Source of the DNA: Mycobacteriales bacterium
Lineage (GTDB): Bacteria; Actinomycetota; Actinomycetes; Mycobacteriales; Nakamurellaceae
Direction of reading: 5' to 3'
Assembly: GCA_038246445.1 (NCBI GenBank)
Contig: JBBRVZ010000010.1
Coordinates: 3,233-67,232, forward strand
DNA: 64,000 nt
Part shown: positions 1 through 8,672 of the stretch, in pieces
Layout: each line of letters opens with the position of its first letter
Position numbering within the stretch: the stretch's first letter is position 1
Notes under the pieces: model-generated
What the model saw: only the letters and a program-made list of their open reading frames with translations
Told to the model about the DNA's origin: nothing
Databases searched by the model: none
Made by a program: the position numbers and the translations under genes

Positions 1-692
1 CCATCAAATTCTCCGGCCTAGGTCGGCCGGAAGGCGTTGCGCTGGCTGCGATTCGAGCCGTCATCCAGTTGACGCTGGTCAGCCTGGTCATCGTGTTTGT
101 GCTCCGTTCGCTGCCCCTGACCGCGCTCTTCCTGACCCTCATGGTGACGGTGGCCGCGGGCACCTCGGCGCACCGGATCACCGGTTCGCTCAGGCTGCGT
201 TAGTGGTGGACAGCCGTGCCGATCATGGCCGGGCTGATTCCCACACTGGGGGCGATTCTGCTCAGTACAGCGCTGCCACTGGAGCCCGTCGCGATCTTGC
301 CGACAGCGGGAATCCTGATCGGTGGCGCGATGACCGCCACCTCGATCGCAGGTCGGCGGGCCACCGAAGAACTCACCGCACAACGTGGTGCCTACGAGGC
401 CGCGTTGTCGCTGGGGCTGACCCGCCGGGACGGCGTCACCCTGGTGGCTCGCGAGGCGGCCGGCCTGGCGCTGGTACCCGGTCTCGACCAGACCAGAACG
501 GTCGGCCTGGTGACGCTTCCGGGCGCGTTCGTCGGTGTGCTGTTGACGGGTGCGTCGCCGGTGCAGGCGGGCGCCGTTCAGTTGGTCGTTCTCATCGGGT
601 TGCTGCTGGCGCAGGCGCTCGCCGTCACCATCACGGTCGAACTGATCTCGGCGGGCCTGCTGCCGATCGGTGGGGGTCCGCTACCTGAGTGA
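1..692 (+). pseudogene. FetB/YbbM (UPF0014) family ABC-type permease; 5' end lies outside the window; interrupted by an in-frame TAG at 201-203
   Basis: The frame of ORF 216..692 is open upstream and reads ...IRAVIQLTLVSLVIVFVLRSLPLTALFLTLMVTVAAGTSAHRITGSLRLR-TAG-WWTAVPIMAGLIPTLGAILL... It then continues through TVGLVTLPGAFVGVLLTG and further TM segments. The two halves together look like one continuous FetB-type permease. Confidence 0.55.
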
Positions 693-789
693 CGGCCCAC
701 TGCTTTCCGGCCGTAGGCGCGGCGGACCCCGGCGCGGGTGATTCCATCGGGCGCCGGCCCGGTGGTACCGGGTAGGCGATGATCGGCGC

Positions 790-2648
790 ATGTCAGAGTC
801 TTCTCCGATCCGTTGCCTGCGGCACTTCGATCCCGGCGAACTGATGCGCCGGTACGAGCCTGTCGTTGCCTACACGGCCGGTGAATTGTTCTTCCACATG
901 TCTGTCGAGGCGTACGTCGATCGGTCGGCGCTGTGGGAACGCTCGCCGGGCGCTCGCAAGCCCGATCGCGTGGTCGGGCACGGTGAGCTGAACCTCGACG
1001 GCCTCTGCCGGATCGCCCGTGCACGAACGGATTCAGCGCTGCAATTGCGGTACGTGCCCGGGCCGTTGAGTCGAACGCAATCACTTCAATGGCGTCGCGA
1101 TCCGAATCGGCCGCGGTTCCGCAGTACCAGCCGGTTCGCCGCTGTGGGATTGCTCGGCCGGGTGCTCGACTCGTTGTTCCGGTTCTCTCTGCTCCTGCGC
1201 GGTGCTGTTCCAGGTGGTCTGACGGCGGCGCTGCAGCGGGAGTACTCGCAGTCGGCTGCCGCATCCGAGTTTCCCTATTACGCGCAGGTCACCGAGCACG
1301 CGGGCTATGTCGTCATTCAGTATTGGTTCTTCTATGCGATGAACGACTGGCGCTCGACGTTCGGCGGGGTCAACGACCACGAGGCGGACTGGGAACAGGT
1401 GTCGGTCTTCCTGGCGCCTGATGATGAATTCCAAACCGACACCATCGAGCAGGCGCATGGAGCGGACGGCTTTCATGTTGCCTGGGTGGCGTTTTCGTCG
1501 CATGAAGAGGTCGGTGACGATCTGCGCAGGCGAGCCGACGACCCCGACATCGAATGGGTCGACAGCACCCACCCGGTGGTGTACGCGGGTGCCGGTTCGC
1601 ACTCCGGTGCGTACCTACCCGGCGAATACTTGGTGCGGGTCGAGCCACCGGCGTTGCGGCCGGTGCTGCACGGGCTGGCCAGATTTCGGGGCATCATCTT
1701 TCCCTGGACACGGGACAGGCCGAGGACGGGTCTGGGCATCCCGTTCATCGACTACAAGCGCGGCGACGGTAGGCGTATCGGTCCGGGCGCCGACCACGTG
1801 TGGACCCCGGTGCTGATCGACTCACAAACACCCTGGGTTCGCGAATACCAAGGCCTGTGGGGCCTGGACACAACTGACCCGTTCGGTGGCGAACGCGCGC
1901 CGGCCGGGCCCCGGTACGAGCGCAACGGGACCATCCGGCCGTCCTGGTCTGATCCGGTCGGCTGGGCCGGTCTGGACAAGTTCCGGCGACGCCGCAACAG
2001 CTCGCGGTGGTCGTCGCCGCCAGATCGGCCGAGTTGGCTGAAGACATCGACCGGCTCGCACAGGAGATCGAGGATACCGAGGGCCAGTTGCAGGCTCTTG
2101 CGGTCGGCACTGCAGCCCTTCCGTCGGCCGTTGCAGGCGAACGTCGGGGCGGTATCGGGGCCGCCGTCCGACTCCGTGACCAGGAGCGGGCTGTGGAAAC
2201 CCTGCGGAGCCGGCGGCGGGCCGCGATGATCGAAAGCGAGCACCTGCAACGGCAGACCGAGGAACCGTCGATGACGCCGCCGCATGCGCACCTTCGGCAC
2301 CGCACCGTGCCCGACGTGAAACCGGTGCGGCCGCCCGGATTGCTGTTGCGTTTCTGGACGGAGATCTCCCTCTCGGTGCTGCTGGCCCTTCTCGGATTGG
2401 CCGTGTTGCTGAACTACTCCTCGCTCTGGAGCGCGACCGTCGCGGCAATCCTGATCGTGACCACTGTCGAGGCGGTGCTGCGTCGCCGGTTGCCGGTCTT
2501 CATCCTGGGCTTGGCCGTCATCTCCACGATCATCGTGCTCGTCGTGGTCCTGTTCACCAACCTGCGGATCGGTGTCGGCATCCTGGCCATTCTCGCGGCG
2601 CTGGTCATCCTGGTGGCGAATGTCCGAGCCAACATCGGCCGCCGATGA
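790..2648 (+). pseudogene. Vps62-like domain / coiled-coil / C-terminal multi-TM protein, with an apparent frameshift between about 1953 and 2005 (ORF pieces 790..2229 and 2007..2648)
   Basis: ORF 790..2229 is protein-like up to ...PSWSDPVGWAGLDK, then turns into Arg/Ser/Pro-rich text typical of out-of-frame reading. The frame of ORF 2007..2648 is open from 1953 and reads PATPQQLAVVVAARSAELAEDIDRLAQEIEDTEGQLQAL, followed by 3-4 hydrophobic helices. The motif YVVIQYWFFYAMNDW..NDHEADWEQVSVF resembles Vps62/DUF946-type domains. Confidence 0.5.
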
Positions 2649-3258
2649 CAGCACCTGTCGGATGCGGGGGATGAGTCGAACCGGCAAGTGGGAAACAGCT
2701 GAACGGTATCCAGGCAACCGACACCGTGCCTGGCCAGTTCTCGCTGGTGTTCCTAGCCTGCAGGGCTGTTAGGCGTGTTGTCTGCGGCCGTATCGCTGGC
2801 GGGCTGCCTCGCCCGTAGTGCCGACCAGGGACCCGATGAACGCCCATGAGTAGCCGTGTTAACTCGCCCGGCGATTCGAGGACTACGAGCCAACACCATC
2901 CAATGCCTGGGCGGCGCCTTCGTTCTCATCGGAATCGGCCGCCTTCTCGGAGCGGTCCAGGAATGGCGACGACATCAGCGGGAACAGGACCAAAAATGTG
3001 ATTGAACCCCGGGCACCCGCCAACGTGATCCGTTGAGGTTGCTCACCACGGGCAATCCTGCCCCGACCGCACAGCCAAGCCGGGGGACAAATTCCGAGAC
3101 CCATTAACCACAGATGCCGCACACCCGCGGCTCGGATAGCGAAACCAGGGACTTCCAGGTATGGCAATCTCCCTGCCGTTGTCCGGTCACCAGCCCCCGC
3201 AGAGCTCGTCCACCAGTGAAGACCTTCGTCAGCCTGCGCGTCCCGAATTATCAGATCC

Positions 3259-5235
3259 CTACTGCCGGGTACGCAGGTAGTCGGCTACCACCTCGGCCCC
3301 CAGACCGTCGAGGTCCGGCGCGATCACCCGACCATGGCATCGCCTCGCCAGACCATCGACGAATTCGGCCAGGCGCGGGTCGTCACCGAGGATGAAGAAG
3401 GTGATCGCGGCCCGCCGGACGGTCAGCCGGTCGAGCTCGGAAACTGTACTGCGCAGCGTTTCCGGCATGGGCGGGTAGGAAAAGACCAGTTCGCCGTCGG
3501 ATGCCACATGCGCGGTGGGCTCGCCGTCGGTCACCACCATCACGACCGGCAGGGCGTCCGGATGACGGCGCAGATGCTCTCCGGCCAGCACCAGGGCGTG
3601 GTGCAGGTTGGTGCCCTGCATGTACACGCCCTCCAGCGCGATCAGTTCTCCGAGGTCGACCTTCTCCGCGCCGCGGCCGAACGTAATCAGCTGCAGCGCA
3701 TCTCCGCGAAATCGCGTCGAGATCAGTTGGTGCAGCGCCAGAGCGGTCCGTTTCATCGGCACCCACCGGCCGTCCTGCACCATCGACCACGACGTGTCCA
3801 CGCACAGCGCGACCACCGCTTTGGTCCGATGCTCGGTCTCGATCACCTCGACATCGCTGACGTCCATGCCCCGCTGGTCACCGGCCGCCTGCCGGAGTTG
3901 GGCATTGAGCAGGGTTCTGGGGACATCCCAGGACTCGGTGTCCCCGAACGCCCACGGTCGGCTTGCCCCCGTCGGCTCCCCCGTCGCCCCGGATCGCCGG
4001 GTGAGCCGTTCGCCGCGTCGGGATCCGATCTTGTCGACGACGTCACGCAGGGCCGACTCTCCGAGCCTGCGTAGCGCTCTCGGTGACAGCCGCAGGGACC
4101 CGTCGGGCGCGCGTTCGAAAACGCCTTGCTCGCGAAGCTCCCGTTCGAGAGCCGCCAGTGCCTCTGCGTCAGCGCGTGCTTCTGGCCCCAGGGCCGCCTC
4201 GAGGTCATCGAGGTCGATGTCGTCGAGCCGTGCGCCGGGGTAGCTCTGACCGAGTTGGTCGGTGAGATCCTCGAGCCGGCCCAGCTCTTCCATCGCCCGG
4301 GTGGCTTCGCCCAGGCCCATCGGGGAGTCGCCGCGGAAGCGGCCGGAGCCGGACCAGTCTTCGCCGGGCCGCAGGCTCTGCAGCTGGGCGTCCAGTTGAT
4401 CAAGTGCCTGCCCGAGCCGTGGGTCGCCGAAGGCTTGCTGACTCAGCTCCGCCAGTTCCGCCCGTTGCGCCGGACTCAGCGACCGCATCATCCGTTGCGC
4501 CGCTGCCGATCTGGCCGCCAGCACGTCGATCAGCTCGTCCACCGTGGCCGGGTTCTCGGGGAAGAACTCACCGTGCTTCGCCATGAACTCGCGGAATTGT
4601 GCGGACGTGTCAACACCGGCCGCATGCTGCTCCAGCAGCGCGTTGAGGTCGTCGAGCATCTCCCGGATCTGTTGCACGTCCTGCGGAGTCGCGTTCTGCA
4701 ACCCTTCTCTCATCCCGCTGAATCGCTGATCGAGCATCTCCCGGCCGAGGAGTTCCTGAATCTGCTCGTAGGCTGCCCGCGCGTCCGAGGACTGCCACTC
4801 GTACTCGGTCAGCGCCCGCACCGCTCGGCCCGTGTTGTCGGGCAACGTGTTCAGGTCCAGTTCCCGGAAGCGGGCATCATCGGTGTCCTGCCGGGCCAGC
4901 ATTTGCCGCTCCGCGGTCAGGGCCTTGTCCAGCAGGTCCCTGACCTCCTGCAGGGTTCCGTCGATCCGGTTGTCCCGCTGGAGCTCTCGCCGCCGCTCCC
5001 AGAGTCGGCGGGACAGCTCGTCCAGGCCGTTCCGGTCGGATGTACCGCGGCGCAGCAGCTCTCGCAGAGCCTGCTGCAGCGAACTGCCCTCCATGACATC
5101 GCGGCCGATGCTGTCCAGTGCCGCGCGCAGGTCAACCGGTGGTGCGAGCGGATCCGGACCGTCCAGGTAGGGGCCGTAGGAGTAGCCCCCGCGACGAAGC
5201 GGTCGGCGGCGCGCCGGCCCCGATTGCTCAGCCAT
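3259..5235 (-). CDS. vWA domain-containing protein (about 450-aa acidic helical N-terminal region plus a C-terminal von Willebrand A domain)
   Basis: 658-aa ORF. It has a MIDAS-like motif, VALCVDTSWSM (DxSxS), then VVMVVTDGEPT. Its start overlaps the stop of the upstream ATPase gene by 8 nt. Confidence 0.85.
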   Translation of the reverse strand: MAEQSGPARRRPLRRGGYSYGPYLDGPDPLAPPVDLRAALDSIGRDVMEGSSLQQALRELLRRGTSDRNGLDELSRRLWERRRELQRDNRIDGTLQEVRDLLDKALTAERQMLARQDTDDARFRELDLNTLPDNTGRAVRALTEYEWQSSDARAAYEQIQELLGREMLDQRFSGMREGLQNATPQDVQQIREMLDDLNALLEQHAAGVDTSAQFREFMAKHGEFFPENPATVDELIDVLAARSAAAQRMMRSLSPAQRAELAELSQQAFGDPRLGQALDQLDAQLQSLRPGEDWSGSGRFRGDSPMGLGEATRAMEELGRLEDLTDQLGQSYPGARLDDIDLDDLEAALGPEARADAEALAALERELREQGVFERAPDGSLRLSPRALRRLGESALRDVVDKIGSRRGERLTRRSGATGEPTGASRPWAFGDTESWDVPRTLLNAQLRQAAGDQRGMDVSDVEVIETEHRTKAVVALCVDTSWSMVQDGRWVPMKRTALALHQLISTRFRGDALQLITFGRGAEKVDLGELIALEGVYMQGTNLHHALVLAGEHLRRHPDALPVVMVVTDGEPTAHVASDGELVFSYPPMPETLRSTVSELDRLTVRRAAITFFILGDDPRLAEFVDGLARRCHGRVIAPDLDGLGAEVVADYLRTRQ

Positions 5236-6655
5236 AGCTGACGGTGTCCCCGTCGTCGCTGGGTTCCTTGGTGAGCTTCCGGGTCAGGAACAGCAATTCC
5301 AGGGCCAATTCCGCTGCGGACGCCATCGGGCCGGGATCCTCGGTGCCGCCGGCACCCAGACGTTGCGCCACCGCTGTCAGAACCTCGACCTGCGGCAGTG
5401 CGGCGACGATTTGGGCCGCCGTGATCCGATCACCCGTACGCAGTGGCGCCTTCGTCACCGCGCTGACCAGCGGTCCGAGATCCAGCCCGCGCAACCGGTT
5501 CCGGGCGGTATCTGCGGTGGCCCTGCGCAACAGGTGCTCCAGAACCTCGTCCTCACGGCCTTCCTGGCCGGTCACGAATTCCAGTTTGCCGCGCAACACC
5601 GGCAACGCCGACTCGAGGTCGATCGGCCGTGCGGTGGGAAGGGTCTCCCCGGTGATGGCGGCGCGGCGCAGGGCAGCCGCAGCAATGGTTTCCGCTGCGG
5701 CGACGGCAAACCGGGCGGACACTCCCGAGCCCTGGTCGATGGCGGTGGATTCCCGCAGCAGCCTGGTGAATCGGGCGATGATCTCCAACAGGTGCCCCGG
5801 AACGGGCGCGGCGAGATGCGCCTCCTGGGTGATGACGGAGACCTCGTCGGTCAGCTCGAGCGGGTAGTGGGTGCGGATCTCGGCACCGAAACGGTCCTTC
5901 AGAGGCGTGATGATCCGTCCGCGATTGGTGTAATCCTCCGGATTGGCCGACGCCACCAGCAGGACATCCAGCGGTAGGCGCAGCGTGTAGCCGCGCACCT
6001 GGATGTCGCGCTCCTCCATCACGTTCAGCAGCGAGACCTGAATGCGCTCTGCCAGGTCGGGCAACTCGTTGATCGCCATGATCCCGCGGTGTGCCCGGGG
6101 TACCAGACCGAAGTGAATGGTCTCCGGATCGCCCAGCGAGCGTCCTTCTGCGACCTTGACCGGGTCGACGTCACCGATCAGGTCGGCGACGGCGGTGTCG
6201 GGCGTGGCCAGCTTCTCGGTATACCGCTCGCTGCGGTGACGCCAGCTCACGGGCAATTCCTCGCCGTGTTCGATGACCAGGCGCTGCGATGCGGCCGTGA
6301 TCGGGTCGTACGGGTGCTCACCGATCTCGGACCCGTCGATCACCGGGGACCACTCGTCCAGCAGACCGCTGAGCGTGCGCAGCAGCCTGGTCTTGCCTTG
6401 TCCCCGCTCACCCAGCAGGACGACGTCATGACCGGCGATCAAGGCCCGCTCGAGCTGCGGGAGGACTGTCGACTCGAAACCCACGATGCCAGGCCAAGGG
6501 TCGACGCCGGCGCCCAGCGCCGCGAGTAGGTTCGAACGCATTTCGGTCTTGATGTCGCGCAACTGATGACCCGAGGAGCGGAGCTCTCCGAGAGTGGTCG
6601 GAAGGTCGGCGGGAGCGGTGATTCGCATGTTCGCCAACGGTACGCCGGGCGACAT
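5228..6655 (-). CDS. ChlI/Mg-chelatase-like AAA+ ATPase
   Basis: Walker A is VVLLGERGQGKTRL, Walker B-like is IMAINELPDL, and the RGYTLRLPLDVLLVASANPEDY segment is typical of ChlI/BchI-like ATPases. I chose the ATG at 6655 (MSPGVPL...) because GAAAGG lies 6 nt upstream. The ORF is open up to 6757. Confidence 0.85.
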   Translation of the reverse strand: MSPGVPLANMRITAPADLPTTLGELRSSGHQLRDIKTEMRSNLLAALGAGVDPWPGIVGFESTVLPQLERALIAGHDVVLLGERGQGKTRLLRTLSGLLDEWSPVIDGSEIGEHPYDPITAASQRLVIEHGEELPVSWRHRSERYTEKLATPDTAVADLIGDVDPVKVAEGRSLGDPETIHFGLVPRAHRGIMAINELPDLAERIQVSLLNVMEERDIQVRGYTLRLPLDVLLVASANPEDYTNRGRIITPLKDRFGAEIRTHYPLELTDEVSVITQEAHLAAPVPGHLLEIIARFTRLLRESTAIDQGSGVSARFAVAAAETIAAAALRRAAITGETLPTARPIDLESALPVLRGKLEFVTGQEGREDEVLEHLLRRATADTARNRLRGLDLGPLVSAVTKAPLRTGDRITAAQIVAALPQVEVLTAVAQRLGAGGTEDPGPMASAAELALELLFLTRKLTKEPSDDGDTVSYG

Positions 6656-6855
6656 CTTGACCTTTCGACTCGGGATTTCATACGCATGGGGACGCGTTGT
6701 CCCTGATCTGGTCCCCGCCCGTTGTAGTGACTGCGTCCGGTACGGGTACTGCGACATAAGGTGGCGCCAGCGGTCGCAGGCCGTGCGAGACCTGTGCGAC
6801 GCCCGTCAGATGTCAGTCAGCTCGCGGCTCTCCGGTCGCGGATCGGAGCGACACC

Positions 6856-7896
6856 GTGCGCATTCCCGGACCGATCGATGTCCTGCGGGTGGCGGGTGAC
6901 GGCTACGACGCCCTCGAGCGTGCGATCGGCCTTGTTCCGCGGCTGGTCGCCATGGTGTCCGAGGCCGAATCTGTGCTGACCACAGTCCGGTCGATGGTTG
7001 CGGGTGTCGAGAACATCGCGCAGCGCGCTGATGTGCTGGTGAACCGGGCAACCAGAATGGCAGACAGAGCGGAGAGCCTGGTCGACCGGGCCACAGGCAT
7101 CGCAGGCAGTGCGGCCGTGCTGCTGGTTCGAGCCGACATGATCGCCGACGGCGCCGGGGTGCTGCTGAGCAGGGCAACGGGCATCTCAGACGTCGCCGAC
7201 GTTCTGCTGCTGCGGGCCGAAGGCATCGCTGACCACGCGGGCGTCCTGCTGGGCAGGGCTTCCGGGGTCGCGGATCGCGCCGACCGGACGCTGGACCGAG
7301 CTGATCTGATCGCCGGCCGGGCGGGCAAGGCAGTGGACGGGGTCGACGCGGTACAGGCCCGGGCAAATACTGCCATCGACCGCATCGAGGTCCTCGAGGG
7401 CGACGTCACCTCCCTGCTGGAGCGGACCGAGGGGCTGCTGCAGCGAACGGAGGCCATCGTCGGCTCGGCGGCGCGGCTCACCGGGCAGATCGAACCACTG
7501 CTCGACACCCTGCACCCGACGCTCGAGAATCTGCAACCAATTCTTGCGCGGTTGGCGGAGACCACCAGTCCGGACGAGGTCGACGCGATTGTCGGTCTGA
7601 TCAATGCGCTGCCCGGGATCGTCGACAGGCTGGACTCCGACATCCTGCCTGTGGTTGACACTCTGGCAACGGTCGCACCGGATGTCCGCGACCTGCTGGA
7701 CATTTCGAAGGAGCTCAACGAGTTGATCAGCTCCCTGCCGGGACTCGGTCGGGTCAAGAAGAAGATCGACGACAACCAGGACCGGCAGGACGACTATCGC
7801 GCCCTCGAGGAACCTCAAGCTGCCCCCGACCGGCGTCCCACCGCGGCATCGGATATCGCCGCGCCACCAAACGCAGCGGCGGCATCATCCCGATGA
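6856..7896 (+). CDS. Coiled-coil protein with 14-residue tandem repeats and a Lys-rich/Pro-Ala C-terminal tail
   Basis: 346-aa ORF transcribed divergently from the ATPase gene. It has no TM segment and no signal peptide. The composition is strongly helical and rich in A/L/R/D, and the repeats are listed as a separate feature. Confidence 0.7.
   Translation: MRIPGPIDVLRVAGDGYDALERAIGLVPRLVAMVSEAESVLTTVRSMVAGVENIAQRADVLVNRATRMADRAESLVDRATGIAGSAAVLLVRADMIADGAGVLLSRATGISDVADVLLLRAEGIADHAGVLLGRASGVADRADRTLDRADLIAGRAGKAVDGVDAVQARANTAIDRIEVLEGDVTSLLERTEGLLQRTEAIVGSAARLTGQIEPLLDTLHPTLENLQPILARLAETTSPDEVDAIVGLINALPGIVDRLDSDILPVVDTLATVAPDVRDLLDISKELNELISSLPGLGRVKKKIDDNQDRQDDYRALEEPQAAPDRRPTAASDIAAPPNAAAASSR
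7033..7368 (+). repeat. In-frame 42-bp (14-aa) tandem repeat: 7 clear copies plus 1 degenerate copy
   Basis: The units are VLVNRATRMADRAE / SLVDRATGIAGSAA / VLLVRADMIADGAG / VLLSRATGISDVAD / VLLLRAEGIADHAG / VLLGRASGVADRAD / RTLDRADLIAGRAG / KAVDGVDAVQARAN. The same periodicity is visible at the DNA level (gtgctgctg...gccgac). Confidence 0.8.
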
Positions 7897-7915
7897 CCCC
7901 TGCGCGCGGCCGCGG

Positions 7916-8374
7916 TCACGGTGCTGCCGGGATCAACCGCTCCTCCCGGTGCACGAGCCACGCGAGCACCAGTACCAGTACGCCGCACAGGGCCATCACA
8001 GGCTGCAGAAAGAAATACCGCTGGATGATGGCGAGCTGCGCGACGATCCACCCGACCATGGCGATGCCGGCGACCATGGACGCCGAGTGGGCCCATGACA
8101 TGCGGCGGAGCTCTGCGACGGCTGCGACCGTCATGGGTGCGGCGATGATCAACAGCAGGAAGACACCGGGAAGGGTCCAGCTGTCGAACGGCGTCGCGTC
8201 CAGCCATCCGGGCAACATCCCGATCGAGTTGTCGGCGATCAGACCGACCCCGCCGTAGACGGCGCCGGCGGCGACGAACAACTCCACGCCGATGAGGCCG
8301 CCTCGTGCCATTGCGATCGAGGTTGTGCCCTTGCCGCGGGCGGTTGGGTACTGGGTCTTTCGGGTGGTGGTCAT
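7916..8374 (-). CDS. Small integral membrane protein (about 4 TM helices)
   Basis: 152-aa ORF with hydrophobic segments LIGVELFVAAGAVYGGVGLI, LPGVFLLLIIAAPMTVAAV, MVAGIAMVGWIVAQLAII and VMALCGVLVLVLAWLV. I did not recognise a family. Confidence 0.65.
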   Translation of the reverse strand: MTTTRKTQYPTARGKGTTSIAMARGGLIGVELFVAAGAVYGGVGLIADNSIGMLPGWLDATPFDSWTLPGVFLLLIIAAPMTVAAVAELRRMSWAHSASMVAGIAMVGWIVAQLAIIQRYFFLQPVMALCGVLVLVLAWLVHREERLIPAAP

Positions 8375-8672
8375 GCCACATCGCCTCCACCCCTAAGCAT
8401 CTGGCACGTGCCGGGGCGTCGGTAGAGGACCAGAGCACCGACTGGGGGACTTTGGTCCCGCCGTAGCGAGCCCACAGGCAACACCAACCATGCGGGACAC
8501 CTCACCTCGGCTGCAAGCACCAGGAGAAACCGACCGGGCACGGCTGTGTGGGCATCGCCGGGCCACCCTGCAGGATCATCCCGCGGGTTACGGTCCACGA
8601 TGCAGGTACGGTCGACCCGGTTCGCGAGGCATTCCCGCGGCGGCGACCAGGCACCCGGGCAAGGAGCACACA

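Noticed and set aside
201-203. The TAG in the fetB-like gene as pyrrolysine or programmed read-through.
   Set aside because: No pyl genes or recoding signals are visible, and actinobacteria are not known to use Pyl. A plain nonsense mutation or a sequencing error is far more likely.
2655-2700. tRNA-like T-loop strings: GAGTCGAACC at ~2672, GGGTCGAATCC inside the 16-bp repeat, and GATTCGAGG at ~2872.
   Set aside because: The flanking bases do not form T-stems or acceptor stems, and no cloverleaf can be drawn by hand. I therefore call no tRNA in this window.
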